A stretch of 64,000 nt of DNA from an uncultured virus (IMG/VR IMGVR_UViG_3300038825_001787) (Duplodnaviria; Heunggongvirae; Uroviricota; Caudoviricetes), in the IMG/VR virus record IMGVR_UViG_3300038825_001787, one strand, 5' to 3'. A program made the translations under genes and the position numbers. Positions 31,610 to 41,039 of the stretch are shown piece after piece (within the stretch, counting starts at the first letter, position 1; each line of letters starts with the position of its first letter). The notes below the pieces were generated by a model. The model did no database searches and was not told the origin of the DNA. It saw only the letters and a program-made list of their open reading frames with translations.

Positions 31610-31777
31610 ATGACTCAACAAATTAAAATCGGACAACTATGGAAGAGAAACGACGAACCAACAACAATCGTAATAATACAGAAAGTAATGACACATTCTG
31701 TGTATTACCAAACAAGTACTGAAATGCGTGGTTGTAACAAAGTGTTCTTAGTTAACAACTTCACATTGTTGAATTAG
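31610..31777 (+). CDS. small hypothetical protein (not in the ORF track)
   Basis: AGGAG RBS, 55 aa. Confidence 0.5.
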   Translation: MTQQIKIGQLWKRNDEPTTIVIIQKVMTHSVYYQTSTEMRGCNKVFLVNNFTLLN

Positions 31778-31857
31778 GACGACCGCACCTACTAAAGCGG
31801 ACATAAAGCCACTAGGGGATTACTCCTAGATGGCTACCCGTAAGAGATTATTGTAAC

Positions 31858-31896
31858 ATACCGGTATCGGTTATGACGTTATAATAATGTAAGGAG
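31858..31896 (+). promoter_or_regulatory. repeated promoter-like element, copy 2
   Basis: Near-identical to copy 1; precedes the structured RNA. Confidence 0.7.
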
Positions 31897-31916
31897 GGAA
31901 AGCACCCTCTTTAACA

Positions 31917-32339
31917 GATAAAAGGCATTTTTTAGATGCCGCAGCCTTCACAGGCTGCAACTCACGTTCGCTGCTTCGGCGGCATTTACTTCGGGCTTCG
32001 GCCTGGTTCGTGAGATTCCGTAGTGGGTGTCAAAACCCACTACAAAAACTCTATCATCCCGTATGATTCGAGTTAAAATAAGGCCAAGAGCAGCAAAAGC
32101 CCGTAAGGGGGGATGGACGGTGCAGAAATGTACAGTTGAACTGCGATTAGCAATTTAAGTTTAAAAACAGAACTTCGAGTACCTTCCTTTTGGAAGTGAA
32201 CTTATACGCATTGTCATTAACGACCTGACCGCTTCAAGGCGAAGGACGGACTTTGTGAGGAACCTCGAGGAGTGTCTTATTTTAGCATTTGAGATGAATA
32301 CATTTGTAGGCTGACGCACCTAACCCAAACGCGTTAATA
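31917..32339 (+). ncRNA. structured RNA containing a circularly permuted RNase P-like catalytic domain (32074-32284)
   Basis: CR-V-like ACAGAA-CTTCGAGT precedes CR-I-like GAGGAACCTCGAGG, and the two pair as a P4-like helix; P1-, P2-, P5/7- and P15-like helices; upstream UUCG hairpins. Confidence 0.6.
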
Positions 32340-32347
32340 GAGATACT

Positions 32348-32638
32348 ATGAGTAATTTAAAATTAATTCGTAAAGTAAAAACAAGAGAAGAACTGATGAA
32401 CGCATTAGTGACAGGAGACAAAGTAATTATTGTTCCGAACTACCCTAACCAACAGATGACTGGAACTATCCAGTCAGTAGAAAGGGAAGACGGATCAGGC
32501 TACAGTTTCAATGTCGTAATATATGTAAGGAACAGGCAATTGGAAAAAACAGAATGGCAAGGAGTAACATATACTCCTAGCCATATATTAAAAACTGTTT
32601 ACATCAGATTCCCAAGTCGAACAAGACTTGGTGCATAA
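32348..32638 (+). CDS. hypothetical protein
   Basis: ORF following an AATAG junction. Confidence 0.6.
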   Translation: MSNLKLIRKVKTREELMNALVTGDKVIIVPNYPNQQMTGTIQSVEREDGSGYSFNVVIYVRNRQLEKTEWQGVTYTPSHILKTVYIRFPSRTRLGA

Positions 32639-32956
32639 ACTCCGGGTGAGACCGATAAAAACTCGATAGGGCCGTTACTAAGAAACAACGGATATTTCAA
32701 CACAAGCACACGCGCCGTCTCGATGAATTCGGTAGTTGTTAAGAGCGGTGTTGATAATAGATTAGGAAGGACTGAATTACCTAAGTGCGCAATAGGTATC
32801 GATCCTTCCGTTTGCGAAGTCGTAATAGACGAGGAGCAGATGAAACTGGATGCATATTATAACATCATAACCGATGAAATAAGCATTAGTACACCAACAT
32901 TCAGATAAGCGTGTATTAACGGTAACGGCGGGTAAAACCGTTCGTAATAGATTACC

Positions 32957-33235
32957 ATGTTTGATATTAACACTATTACATATGAAGACTACACGAGATT
33001 GCACGCTCGGTCAGATTTGACCGTGGACCAGGAGCGCCTTTTAGTTAAGGCATCACTCCTGCACGGAAAGAGATGGGCCGACGAAGAGGCTACCGAAACG
33101 TGGCTGAAGGCACACCCAAAATTGGGATTATCGTTGGATGAGAAGAAGACTCTAAACTTGACAAGAAAGTACGCTTCCGAGCAGAAATCTTGGAAAAGAT
33201 ATAGAGAAGACTTCGATGACGATTATCTCCTTTGA
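32957..33235 (+). CDS. hypothetical protein
   Basis: ORF following hairpin+AATAG. Confidence 0.6.
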   Translation: MFDINTITYEDYTRLHARSDLTVDQERLLVKASLLHGKRWADEEATETWLKAHPKLGLSLDEKKTLNLTRKYASEQKSWKRYREDFDDDYLL

Positions 33236-33301
33236 GGGTCTCCGCTTGGGCGCGATAAAAACCCAATAGGCTTTACACACCTAAACCATAAATGTGTTAA
33301 C

Positions 33302-33433
33302 AGATAGATTATCTTTCCTTTATTGGGAAGACGATTTATCCGGATATCTTTCCGGATAAACGCTTTGAGTCTCGAACTGGATTTATTCAGCGAAGGATTC
33401 ATTGAGATGGGACTACCAATCCTATCAGATAGA
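33302..33433 (+). ncRNA. duplicated structured non-coding element, copy 1
   Basis: ~132-nt near-identical copy at 36664-36795 with pairing-preserving changes. Confidence 0.6.
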
Positions 33434-33785
33434 TATTAGATGCTATTGTTATAGTATCATTTTGAGAGAGGAAAAACAAAAAACCGCTTTGGAGGTGCAA
33501 AACACCTACCCCGGCGGTTTCTCTATGACCGAATAGGACTTACAGATTTTGTCTCTGTAAGACTGACGATACCATAACATGACAGATGTTGGGACCAGCC
33601 GCATAAGATCGGCCCCCTGTTCCGGATAGGAATTACACATCTACATCTTAGGCGAGTGGGAAATTCAGCAATGCAAGTTGAATCTACTGCTCATGGAAGG
33701 GCTTGATTAATTTCAAGTTGGGAAGAAACAAAGAGAAAGGCGTCACGGTGTAACAACTGTGGCGTCTTTTTTTTAATAGATTCAC

Positions 33786-34001
33786 ATGACAGAAGAAATG
33801 ATGACACAAACAGATGAACAAGCAAGAGACACTCGTTGGCGTAAAGCAGTAGAAGATTTACTGGACGACGACGATGTTATTGTTAGTAATCCAACACCAC
33901 TGAACGAGGGCAAGATGTTCGCAAACCCTAACCTCGGCAGAATGAAAACGACTTGGAGACAAGTTAAAGCATTCGCAGAGCAGTGGAGTGAAGAAGAATA
34001 A
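33786..34001 (+). CDS. hypothetical protein
   Basis: ORF following hairpin, T-tract and AATAG. Confidence 0.55.
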   Translation: MTEEMMTQTDEQARDTRWRKAVEDLLDDDDVIVSNPTPLNEGKMFANPNLGRMKTTWRQVKAFAEQWSEEE

Positions 34002-34049
34002 ACCATAAGTCGTCCTACGGGGCGCATAATAGATAGGTAGTTTACAGAT

Positions 34050-34358
34050 ATGTCTGAAAAAAAACTAAACTATAAAATTGAATTTATCTGCTACGGGCCG
34101 GACTCTTATTTCTGCCCTGAGAAGGTGGCTGCCGCTGGTGGCCTCTTCTTTGAAGAAAGCGATGCAGTCGTTACCTTCTGTTCCGTTATTTACGGGACGA
34201 AGGAAGATGCTGAGAACGAAGCAGATGAGTTAGCATGGAAAGCCGACGCCTGGTGCGGGGGTCGTGGTGCGTTGCACTACGATCTCTATATCACGGTTAC
34301 TAAGGACTCTCCTGCAGAATGTTCGGTAACCAAAGGCCCCTTCTGGGGCGGTGACTGA
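34050..34358 (+). CDS. hypothetical protein flanked by 35-bp direct repeats
   Basis: Repeats at 34000-34034 and 34366-34400. Confidence 0.6.
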   Translation: MSEKKLNYKIEFICYGPDSYFCPEKVAAAGGLFFEESDAVVTFCSVIYGTKEDAENEADELAWKADAWCGGRGALHYDLYITVTKDSPAECSVTKGPFWGGD

Positions 34359-34405
34359 ATAGGAAAAACCAAAAGTCGTCCTACGGGGCGCATACTAGAT
34401 GGAAC

Positions 34406-34482
34406 GGGCCTATGGCTTAGTCAGGTAGAGCGTCCGGCTCTTAACCGGAATGTCGCAGGTTCGAACCCTGCTAGGCCCGCCA
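34406..34482 (+). tRNA. tRNA-Lys (CTT) with encoded CCA
   Basis: Acceptor GGGCCTA/TAGGCCC, anticodon arm TCCGG-CTCTTAA-CCGGA, T loop TTCGAAC. Confidence 0.95.
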
Positions 34483-34638
34483 CCATTAATAGATGAAAGT
34501 AGTTGACACTTGCGACCTATGTTCCCGAAGAGGAATTATATGGTCTAACAAAGATAACACACGCATTTGTAAGAAATGCAATAACAGAATAGAATTAGAT
34601 CTATTACTGGATCCTCCGGAAACGAAGGATGATACTAG

Positions 34639-35052
34639 ATGGACACATCAAACGAAAATAAATACTATATAAACGGAAAAGAAACTGGAGGTTATTTAGA
34701 AATAAATCATGAACTTTGTGAACAAGACAAAGTCTACGAAAATTACGAAATTACTTCAATAAGAAAAAATGGACTCGAACCCCGTTGTATTGGAGGAACT
34801 ATAACGACACAGTTGTATAAACTGATTATAGAAAAAGATGGAATAGAAAGTGAATTAGAATTAGGGTCGAGAGACTCTGAAAAACTTGCTTACTATACCA
34901 ATATGTACTATCATAATACACCCGATGACATTGACTTGCCAAAAGTGGTGTCTTTCACTTGGATAAGAATGAAGACCAAACGTGGAAACACCTACTTGGA
35001 CCTTAATATCCTGTGGAACTTAGTACCTGTAAAAAAGATTACAGAGTCTTGA
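34639..35052 (+). CDS. hypothetical protein
   Basis: Starts at TACTAG-ATG. Confidence 0.65.
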   Translation: MDTSNENKYYINGKETGGYLEINHELCEQDKVYENYEITSIRKNGLEPRCIGGTITTQLYKLIIEKDGIESELELGSRDSEKLAYYTNMYYHNTPDDIDLPKVVSFTWIRMKTKRGNTYLDLNILWNLVPVKKITES

Positions 35053-35084
35053 AACCGCTACAAGCGGATACTAGGAGAGATAAA

Positions 35085-35645
35085 ATGAATAATGTGAAAA
35101 TTATTGCCAATGGATTCGTCCTACGCCAAACCAAAGAAAGCCCGTTCAGTTACTATGCTGGACAACTTCCGGAGGTGGTGCGTTTGGTTGAAACCCATTG
35201 GGAAGAACAAACCCCAGGATATCGTGACGGCGTAATAACCGTCCGTGTTCCAAGTGAGGGATTTTACTCCGGCGTCGCCCAACTGAAAGAAGATGATGAA
35301 CTCTCGGGTTCATTTAAATCACGAAGGAAAGGCGAATTGCCAAGAAAGCAAATTGGTGCAAAAGGAGCCCAGAAAGTTCCTGCACAACAAACAGACATTG
35401 TACTATACCGAAAGGATGTACTAGCAGAGTCTAATGACAACACCCCTGATGTTCACGCTGATTGGGAAATTATTAGTATTAATGCTAGTCCAGTGGTAGG
35501 CGAGATGCCTATACATCCTGAGACATTATGTGCCAATTATTTTGGCGATGATGGAGGCACAGACACTAATATGTCGCCTGAAGAGTTTACAACGGCTCTT
35601 CGCACTTCGCGAGAATGGTGGAGTGACAAGGCTATGTGTGCATAA
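35085..35645 (+). CDS. DUF3228-like protein
   Basis: PGYRDGV, RR.GELP, DIVLY, WEIISI, P..P.T...N...GG; family recalled from memory. Confidence 0.5.
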   Translation: MNNVKIIANGFVLRQTKESPFSYYAGQLPEVVRLVETHWEEQTPGYRDGVITVRVPSEGFYSGVAQLKEDDELSGSFKSRRKGELPRKQIGAKGAQKVPAQQTDIVLYRKDVLAESNDNTPDVHADWEIISINASPVVGEMPIHPETLCANYFGDDGGTDTNMSPEEFTTALRTSREWWSDKAMCA

Positions 35646-35696
35646 CACCAAAAAGTTATGATGCGGCTTAGGGTATACTCTAAGTACGCTCATTAG

Positions 35697-36053
35697 ATGG
35701 ATCAAGAAATTGAAGAATCAATTAAGAAAGAATGCAATGATATAGTGTATTGGACTGACAAAGAAACGCAAGCAAAAAAGGCTTTAGACGAAGCCGAAGA
35801 CCGCTTGTTGGACTTTATCGAAGCGCACTACAAAGACAAACTTCCTACTGACGAGAAGTTTGCCGATATTAGAATCGGCAAGTACCGAATATGCGTTGCT
35901 AACCACCGCAACAAATACAATACTATACTATACGTTGAGGAAGAACTCAAGCCACCGACACCGGTGACTTTGGAAAGTGCAACCGCAGAAGATGCCCCAC
36001 ACTGGGCATTGTCTGCATTAGGTTCACTATTTCCAAGTAAGGAAGAAGAGTAA
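35697..36053 (+). CDS. hypothetical protein
   Basis: Starts at hairpin+ATTAG-ATG. Confidence 0.65.
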   Translation: MDQEIEESIKKECNDIVYWTDKETQAKKALDEAEDRLLDFIEAHYKDKLPTDEKFADIRIGKYRICVANHRNKYNTILYVEEELKPPTPVTLESATAEDAPHWALSALGSLFPSKEEE

Positions 36054-36070
36054 AATCTTTCCTTTACTAG

Positions 36071-36289
36071 ATGCCCCGAGATATTGAAGAATACCGAAAG
36101 GAAGTAGACGCACGAACTGAACAACCTGAGAGACCAGTATGTCTCCAGAATAATTCATGGTGGGATGTTAAAATGTCCCGCTATGAAGACATGAGTCGTC
36201 TACAAGAACACCGCAAGAACATTGCTAGAAATAACAGTACTTCCAGTAGACACGGAAGGAAACATGCTAGCAACGGAAGGATGCGCTGA
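36071..36289 (+). CDS. hypothetical protein
   Basis: Starts at TACTAG-ATG. Confidence 0.55.
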   Translation: MPRDIEEYRKEVDARTEQPERPVCLQNNSWWDVKMSRYEDMSRLQEHRKNIARNNSTSSRHGRKHASNGRMR

Positions 36290-36607
36290 AACCATAACGC
36301 TGCTTAGGGACATCTCTAAGTGAGCCGTTATTAGAATGTATATAGGAAATGAAAAAACATTAAGGGATATAAGAACGACTGATGGAACGACTGATATTGT
36401 ACTATCAGCAGTCACCGCATGGCAGATGATACCATATAACATCAATCCGAAGATTAAAAATTTACAAATCTTCCTGCAAGGTGATACCATATTTACAGTG
36501 GACGCAAGCCAATCATTGGCTGTACTTAATCATCTACGCACCCACATAGGATAAGCGATATCCCGCTACTAGACAGAGTTATACCGGTATTGAAGGCATA
36601 CTGCCAT

Positions 36608-36646
36608 ATACCGGTATAAAATGAAACGTTATAATAATGTAAGGAG
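36608..36646 (+). promoter_or_regulatory. repeated promoter-like element, copy 3 (extra ATACCGGTAT at 36581)
   Basis: Same palindrome and ACGTTATAATAATGTAAGGAG. Confidence 0.7.
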
Positions 36647-36663
36647 AAGATGCCTTACAGAAT

Positions 36664-36795
36664 AGATAGATTATCTTTCCTTTATTGGGAAGACGATTTA
36701 TCCGGATATCTTTCCGGATAGACGCTTTGGGTCTCGAACTGGATTTATTCAGTGAAGGATTTATTGAGATAAGACTACCAATCTTATCAGATAGA
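36664..36795 (+). ncRNA. duplicated structured non-coding element, copy 2
   Basis: Near-identical to 33302-33433. Confidence 0.6.
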
Positions 36796-37053
36796 ACGGC
36801 ATTGATTAGTAAAATAATTAATGTCATTTTTTTTAGATAGACGATGGCAATACCATTAAGAACGAGTATGGCTCAGAGCATCATTGCTCTGAAAGAAGTT
36901 TATGGAAATGAACCTGTAGAATTTGCAGGTGGAATTCGATTAAACTCAAGTGAGCCAGTACTCAATAAAATAAAGTACTAATGTATAAGTATATTATGAT
37001 ATAGACTAATACATAAGTAATCCTATACTATAGGATCCTAGGAAGAGACTATT

Positions 37054-37986
37054 ATGACTGATAAAGACTATAATAAAAATAAAAGCAACCATAAGCAAAA
37101 CAGAATTGGACCCATCACCATTACTAATAAAGGTAAACTCCCTAGGGGGAAAACCAAGAACAACAGAAATTTAAAGTTCGAATTAGTAGCAGAAGATGGG
37201 AAACAATCCTACTGGGCAACTCTACATGAGAAGCCTAACTGTAATGAAGTTGCAAGAACTCTTGCTTCTATGCCACATAAACTGACAGGAACATTTCTAG
37301 TTGATTGTTTCCAAAGTGACTGGTATAAAGCAAACCCAAACTTGGTAATCGATGTAATGGCTATTCTAATGCAGGATGGCTACATCGACCAAGATGACTG
37401 CGATATCGTATTCAGTAAAACATATCCATTTAGCGAGGCTGAGTGGGTTGAAGACACTGAGTGGAAAGCAGATGCAATAAAAGCATTCTATGTGATGACC
37501 GGGAAGAAAGTTTCCAGTTATCCTAAGAATAAAGAGGAAAGAACTGCCGAGCAAGCAGAGGACTGGTTTCGTAACCACGTTCCTGCAAAACTCGAAGTCT
37601 TAAAATGGAAAGGAGATTTGGTTAGAAACAATGGAAAACCAATCTCTATTCAGTTTGAATTAGAACGTGCGGCTGTAAAGCCGGACTCTAGTGGCAGAAC
37701 CAAGTATCATATTGGAAATCGCAACAAGGGAGACCAACCTGCGAGGACACAATTTATGAGGTTCCCTGCTTTCAAACATAAACCAATTAGACACATCAGA
37801 GGTCGCAGAAGCGAACTCAGAGCAAACTTCCTTTGGCTAAGTATGAGCAAGCGAGTGTGGAATGCACTCAGCAAATACAAAAAGCAGAAAGCAGTTGAAG
37901 AAAAGAATCGTGCCCCTACGTTGGGTGACTCGAATCCAGACTTCATGGCTACATTTTATGCCATGCATAATGACAGTGAAGAATGA
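37054..37986 (+). CDS. hypothetical protein
   Basis: 310-aa ORF. Confidence 0.7.
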   Translation: MTDKDYNKNKSNHKQNRIGPITITNKGKLPRGKTKNNRNLKFELVAEDGKQSYWATLHEKPNCNEVARTLASMPHKLTGTFLVDCFQSDWYKANPNLVIDVMAILMQDGYIDQDDCDIVFSKTYPFSEAEWVEDTEWKADAIKAFYVMTGKKVSSYPKNKEERTAEQAEDWFRNHVPAKLEVLKWKGDLVRNNGKPISIQFELERAAVKPDSSGRTKYHIGNRNKGDQPARTQFMRFPAFKHKPIRHIRGRRSELRANFLWLSMSKRVWNALSKYKKQKAVEEKNRAPTLGDSNPDFMATFYAMHNDSEE

Positions 37987-38165
37987 TATCACAGATACCG
38001 TAAAGAAGCGGGCGGAATATAATATTCTGCCCGCAACTGACGGTTACTAGACACAATTTAAAAGAAGGCTCTCAGCGTTTGCGATTAACCCCGTAAATGC
38101 TGAGGGCAATTTTTTTTTGTCCCGTGTTAATAGTCCCTCATAAGAGGGAGGAGAATGAAAAAAAT

Positions 38166-38627
38166 ATGTCACACAAAATGGAAGGCAAAACCAGCCTGAC
38201 TGTAGAAAACAATGATTGTATAGAAGAAGCGTTACAAGAGGCTATGCCTACTGCAACGATACTGAAGAACGAAATATGTAATGGAATCCGCGAAAGATGC
38301 GATTACGTTATTCGTCAAGCAGGTAAACATGATATTGGGCTTCAAGCAAAGCCAGACGGAACGTATGCTGTAAAGCAATACAACCCCGGCTATGGCGATG
38401 CCAAGAAGATCCAAAAGATCATGGAACCAGTCTATACATCGTATGTCAAGAGTGTTGTTAAGAAAGCACTCAAAGGCAACGCACAGTTGGCAGGCATGAC
38501 GATAAACGGCGACGTAAAAGATGCCGTTATCAAAAAGGATGGCAAAGAAAAGAAAGTAAAGCATATCCGCTTAACAGGTGGATTTACTGGCGGTAAGAAA
38601 GGCAAAACCTCTGGAGGTTGGGTCTGA
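38166..38627 (+). CDS. DUF1257/Ycf35-like protein
   Basis: MSH....T.......EAL...DIGL...PDGTY; adjacent to a DUF2997-like ORF. Confidence 0.65.
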   Translation: MSHKMEGKTSLTVENNDCIEEALQEAMPTATILKNEICNGIRERCDYVIRQAGKHDIGLQAKPDGTYAVKQYNPGYGDAKKIQKIMEPVYTSYVKSVVKKALKGNAQLAGMTINGDVKDAVIKKDGKEKKVKHIRLTGGFTGGKKGKTSGGWV

Positions 38628-38830
38628 TGACTAAGCAAGTAGATATTTACTTTGACCCAGAAACTGGGGAAATGACGGTAAAGATTGATGGTCTTCCAGA
38701 CCAACAATGTTTAGACCTAACCAAGTTCTTGAAAGGGGCTTTGGGAATGACCGATGCAAAGGTTACCCAAACTCACATCAAGTACGAAGGTGACGGTGCT
38801 ACCGGCGGCGAATCAATCCACAGAGGTTGA
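38627..38830 (+). CDS. DUF2997-like protein
   Basis: I.FD..G...V...G.....C...T......LG. Confidence 0.65.
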   Translation: MTKQVDIYFDPETGEMTVKIDGLPDQQCLDLTKFLKGALGMTDAKVTQTHIKYEGDGATGGESIHRG

Positions 38831-39073
38831 AACGCACATCCAATTGGGGATACTAACCGTATCGCCATTACTAGCAAGAGTATAACACAAACTTTTACAT
38901 CATGTAAAAGTAACTTGATCAGTTGCCCGAAGGATAAATTTGTCGGGAATTTGGAGCAGAATAAGCAGGGCCTCACATCCCTACTTTGGCTGGCTATCCT
39001 CGACTTGATGTAAAGGCATACACTTGCGCCAACGGTGCGGCATAAGCAATTGCAAAACTTATGTCGCCCAACA

Positions 39074-39510
39074 GATAGATTTATGGAATAAGAAGATCGT
39101 GATAATATACTGAGGTAAATTAGCCTATGACGTTACGTTACCATTTGGTACATTTCGCGAATTTTAAACACAACTAAACACACTATGTAGTGATTAAGTG
39201 AAACATGCGAACCAAGTTCGCACTTATGGGGCTCCATAAGTTAAAACACTAATCACTACAATAAACACGCAAGAAGACAGACTAATCGACGTCCAAAGGA
39301 CATCAAACGTCAAATTCCCTCATACACCAAATGGTAACGTGATGGGCATATGACAAGATTGGTTCTGGTCTGTATCTGGGAATGCCTTCTACTAAGAGGG
39401 TGCCCAACTGTACAAGTAAACCGATAATCAAAATCGGAGTAACTTGAATGAAGCACCGTACCGGTGGGCCCTACAGTGGTCCAAGATATGGGGCTCCATA
39501 CGTACTAATG
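39074..39510 (+). ncRNA. K-turn-headed structured RNA (3' end uncertain)
   Basis: CTGA-GGT/GCC-TAT-GACG at 39110-39132; 15-bp long-range stem ACGTTACCATTTGGT/ACCAAATGGTAACGT. Confidence 0.5.
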
Positions 39511-41039
39511 TGAATGGAAAATAGTTTATGTAAAAAGAAAACCACTAAACCACGCAGTCACTGTGTGGAATTCCCGGGTGACCCGGTCGTTACAGTGGAC
39601 CGCTCGTGTACTACTATAGTAGACAAGCAAGTACAGAAAGTAGTTTAAAGAATGCATATGTGGAAATTTGCTAAAATTTCCCACATTATGTGGAAGACAA
39701 TCACCAAACGATGACTCTGGGACCTCGCTCCTGGAGGAGCCCGCATGCATGCAATGCTACGGGACCAGTCACCTGCACTATCATCCGGATACAAATGTTG
39801 TAATCGGAAAAGAAGCAGGAGATGCAACAAATTCTGGATACTATAACATAGTAATCGGAGATTTTGTATGGGTGGAAAAAGGCGTATGAGACGTGGTATT
39901 GTATACCGCGGACGAGGTAATAACCTCATCAGGACTTCTCAAGACGACCTAAAATTGTTTTCAGTAAGAATACGCAATGCTACTTCTACAGGAAGAGCGC
40001 CGCCCGAATGGCCCCAAGGACATGCTTAGCGCACGCCTGCCAGGGAAATTCTACAACTTACAATCTAGAAAATACTTTATGACAAATGTAATACAAATAA
40101 CCAAGCCGAAGACATCGACTGTAGTCGACCTTAGGTGGTATACCCGTGGAACAATTTACGGGTCGTTACAACAAAAAAATACATGAAAAATTTACTCGCT
40201 AGCGATAGCGAATACAAACATAAAAAGTGGCTATAAACCTTTTTAGGAAGGATTATGGACAACTTACACACGCGTACGTACATGATGCGCATTGGACAGT
40301 TAACTGAACAAACAACCCAGAGTACCTTTGGGTTAAACGAACGTTCAGGGTCCATCGCAAAAGAAAGAAGAAAGGTTATCAAACAACGAGAAATCCTCAT
40401 GGATGCCTTGTTGGGCTACACCATGAATTCATACAGTAATACAGTAACACTCAACTTTAAGACACGTGAAGAATTGTTTTGACTAATTATGGGACTGCAG
40501 TTTGCAAAACCCAAGTGCTCCATCGCTCACCTGAGTGATGGAAAATAGTTTAAAATCAAAGAAATTGTAAAAGATTTACATTGCCAGACAAAACTCCTCC
40601 CCCTACCGGGGTTAGGACACCAAAAGGTGTTTGGCCAAAAGGGAGAATACGGCGAGGGCACATTCCGTGCCGACCAATTCATCATCTTAGGAACCTAAGG
40701 TGTGTGGCGAGACCAAGATATCTAGAACCAAAGAAAATTCTTCTCAGGTTCTACGACTAGTGGCTCCTCATACCAAACAAAGTACTCTGCGGAGACGCAG
40801 GAACTAGGAACTAATTTGTAGACAAACTCTAAGAAAATTAGGTCACCTATTTACTGATGTAGATATGGTGGTCCTATTTAGAAACCCTAAGTTGTAAACA
40901 AAACAGAACTACCTAAATGTAATCACTGTTTAACAATATCACTGGCGATTGGTAATATGCAACCCGACTATATGTGGGGAAGAATGCTACCAAAATTCCC
41001 GCTTCCCATAAACCTATCACCAGAAGGAGTATTAATAAT

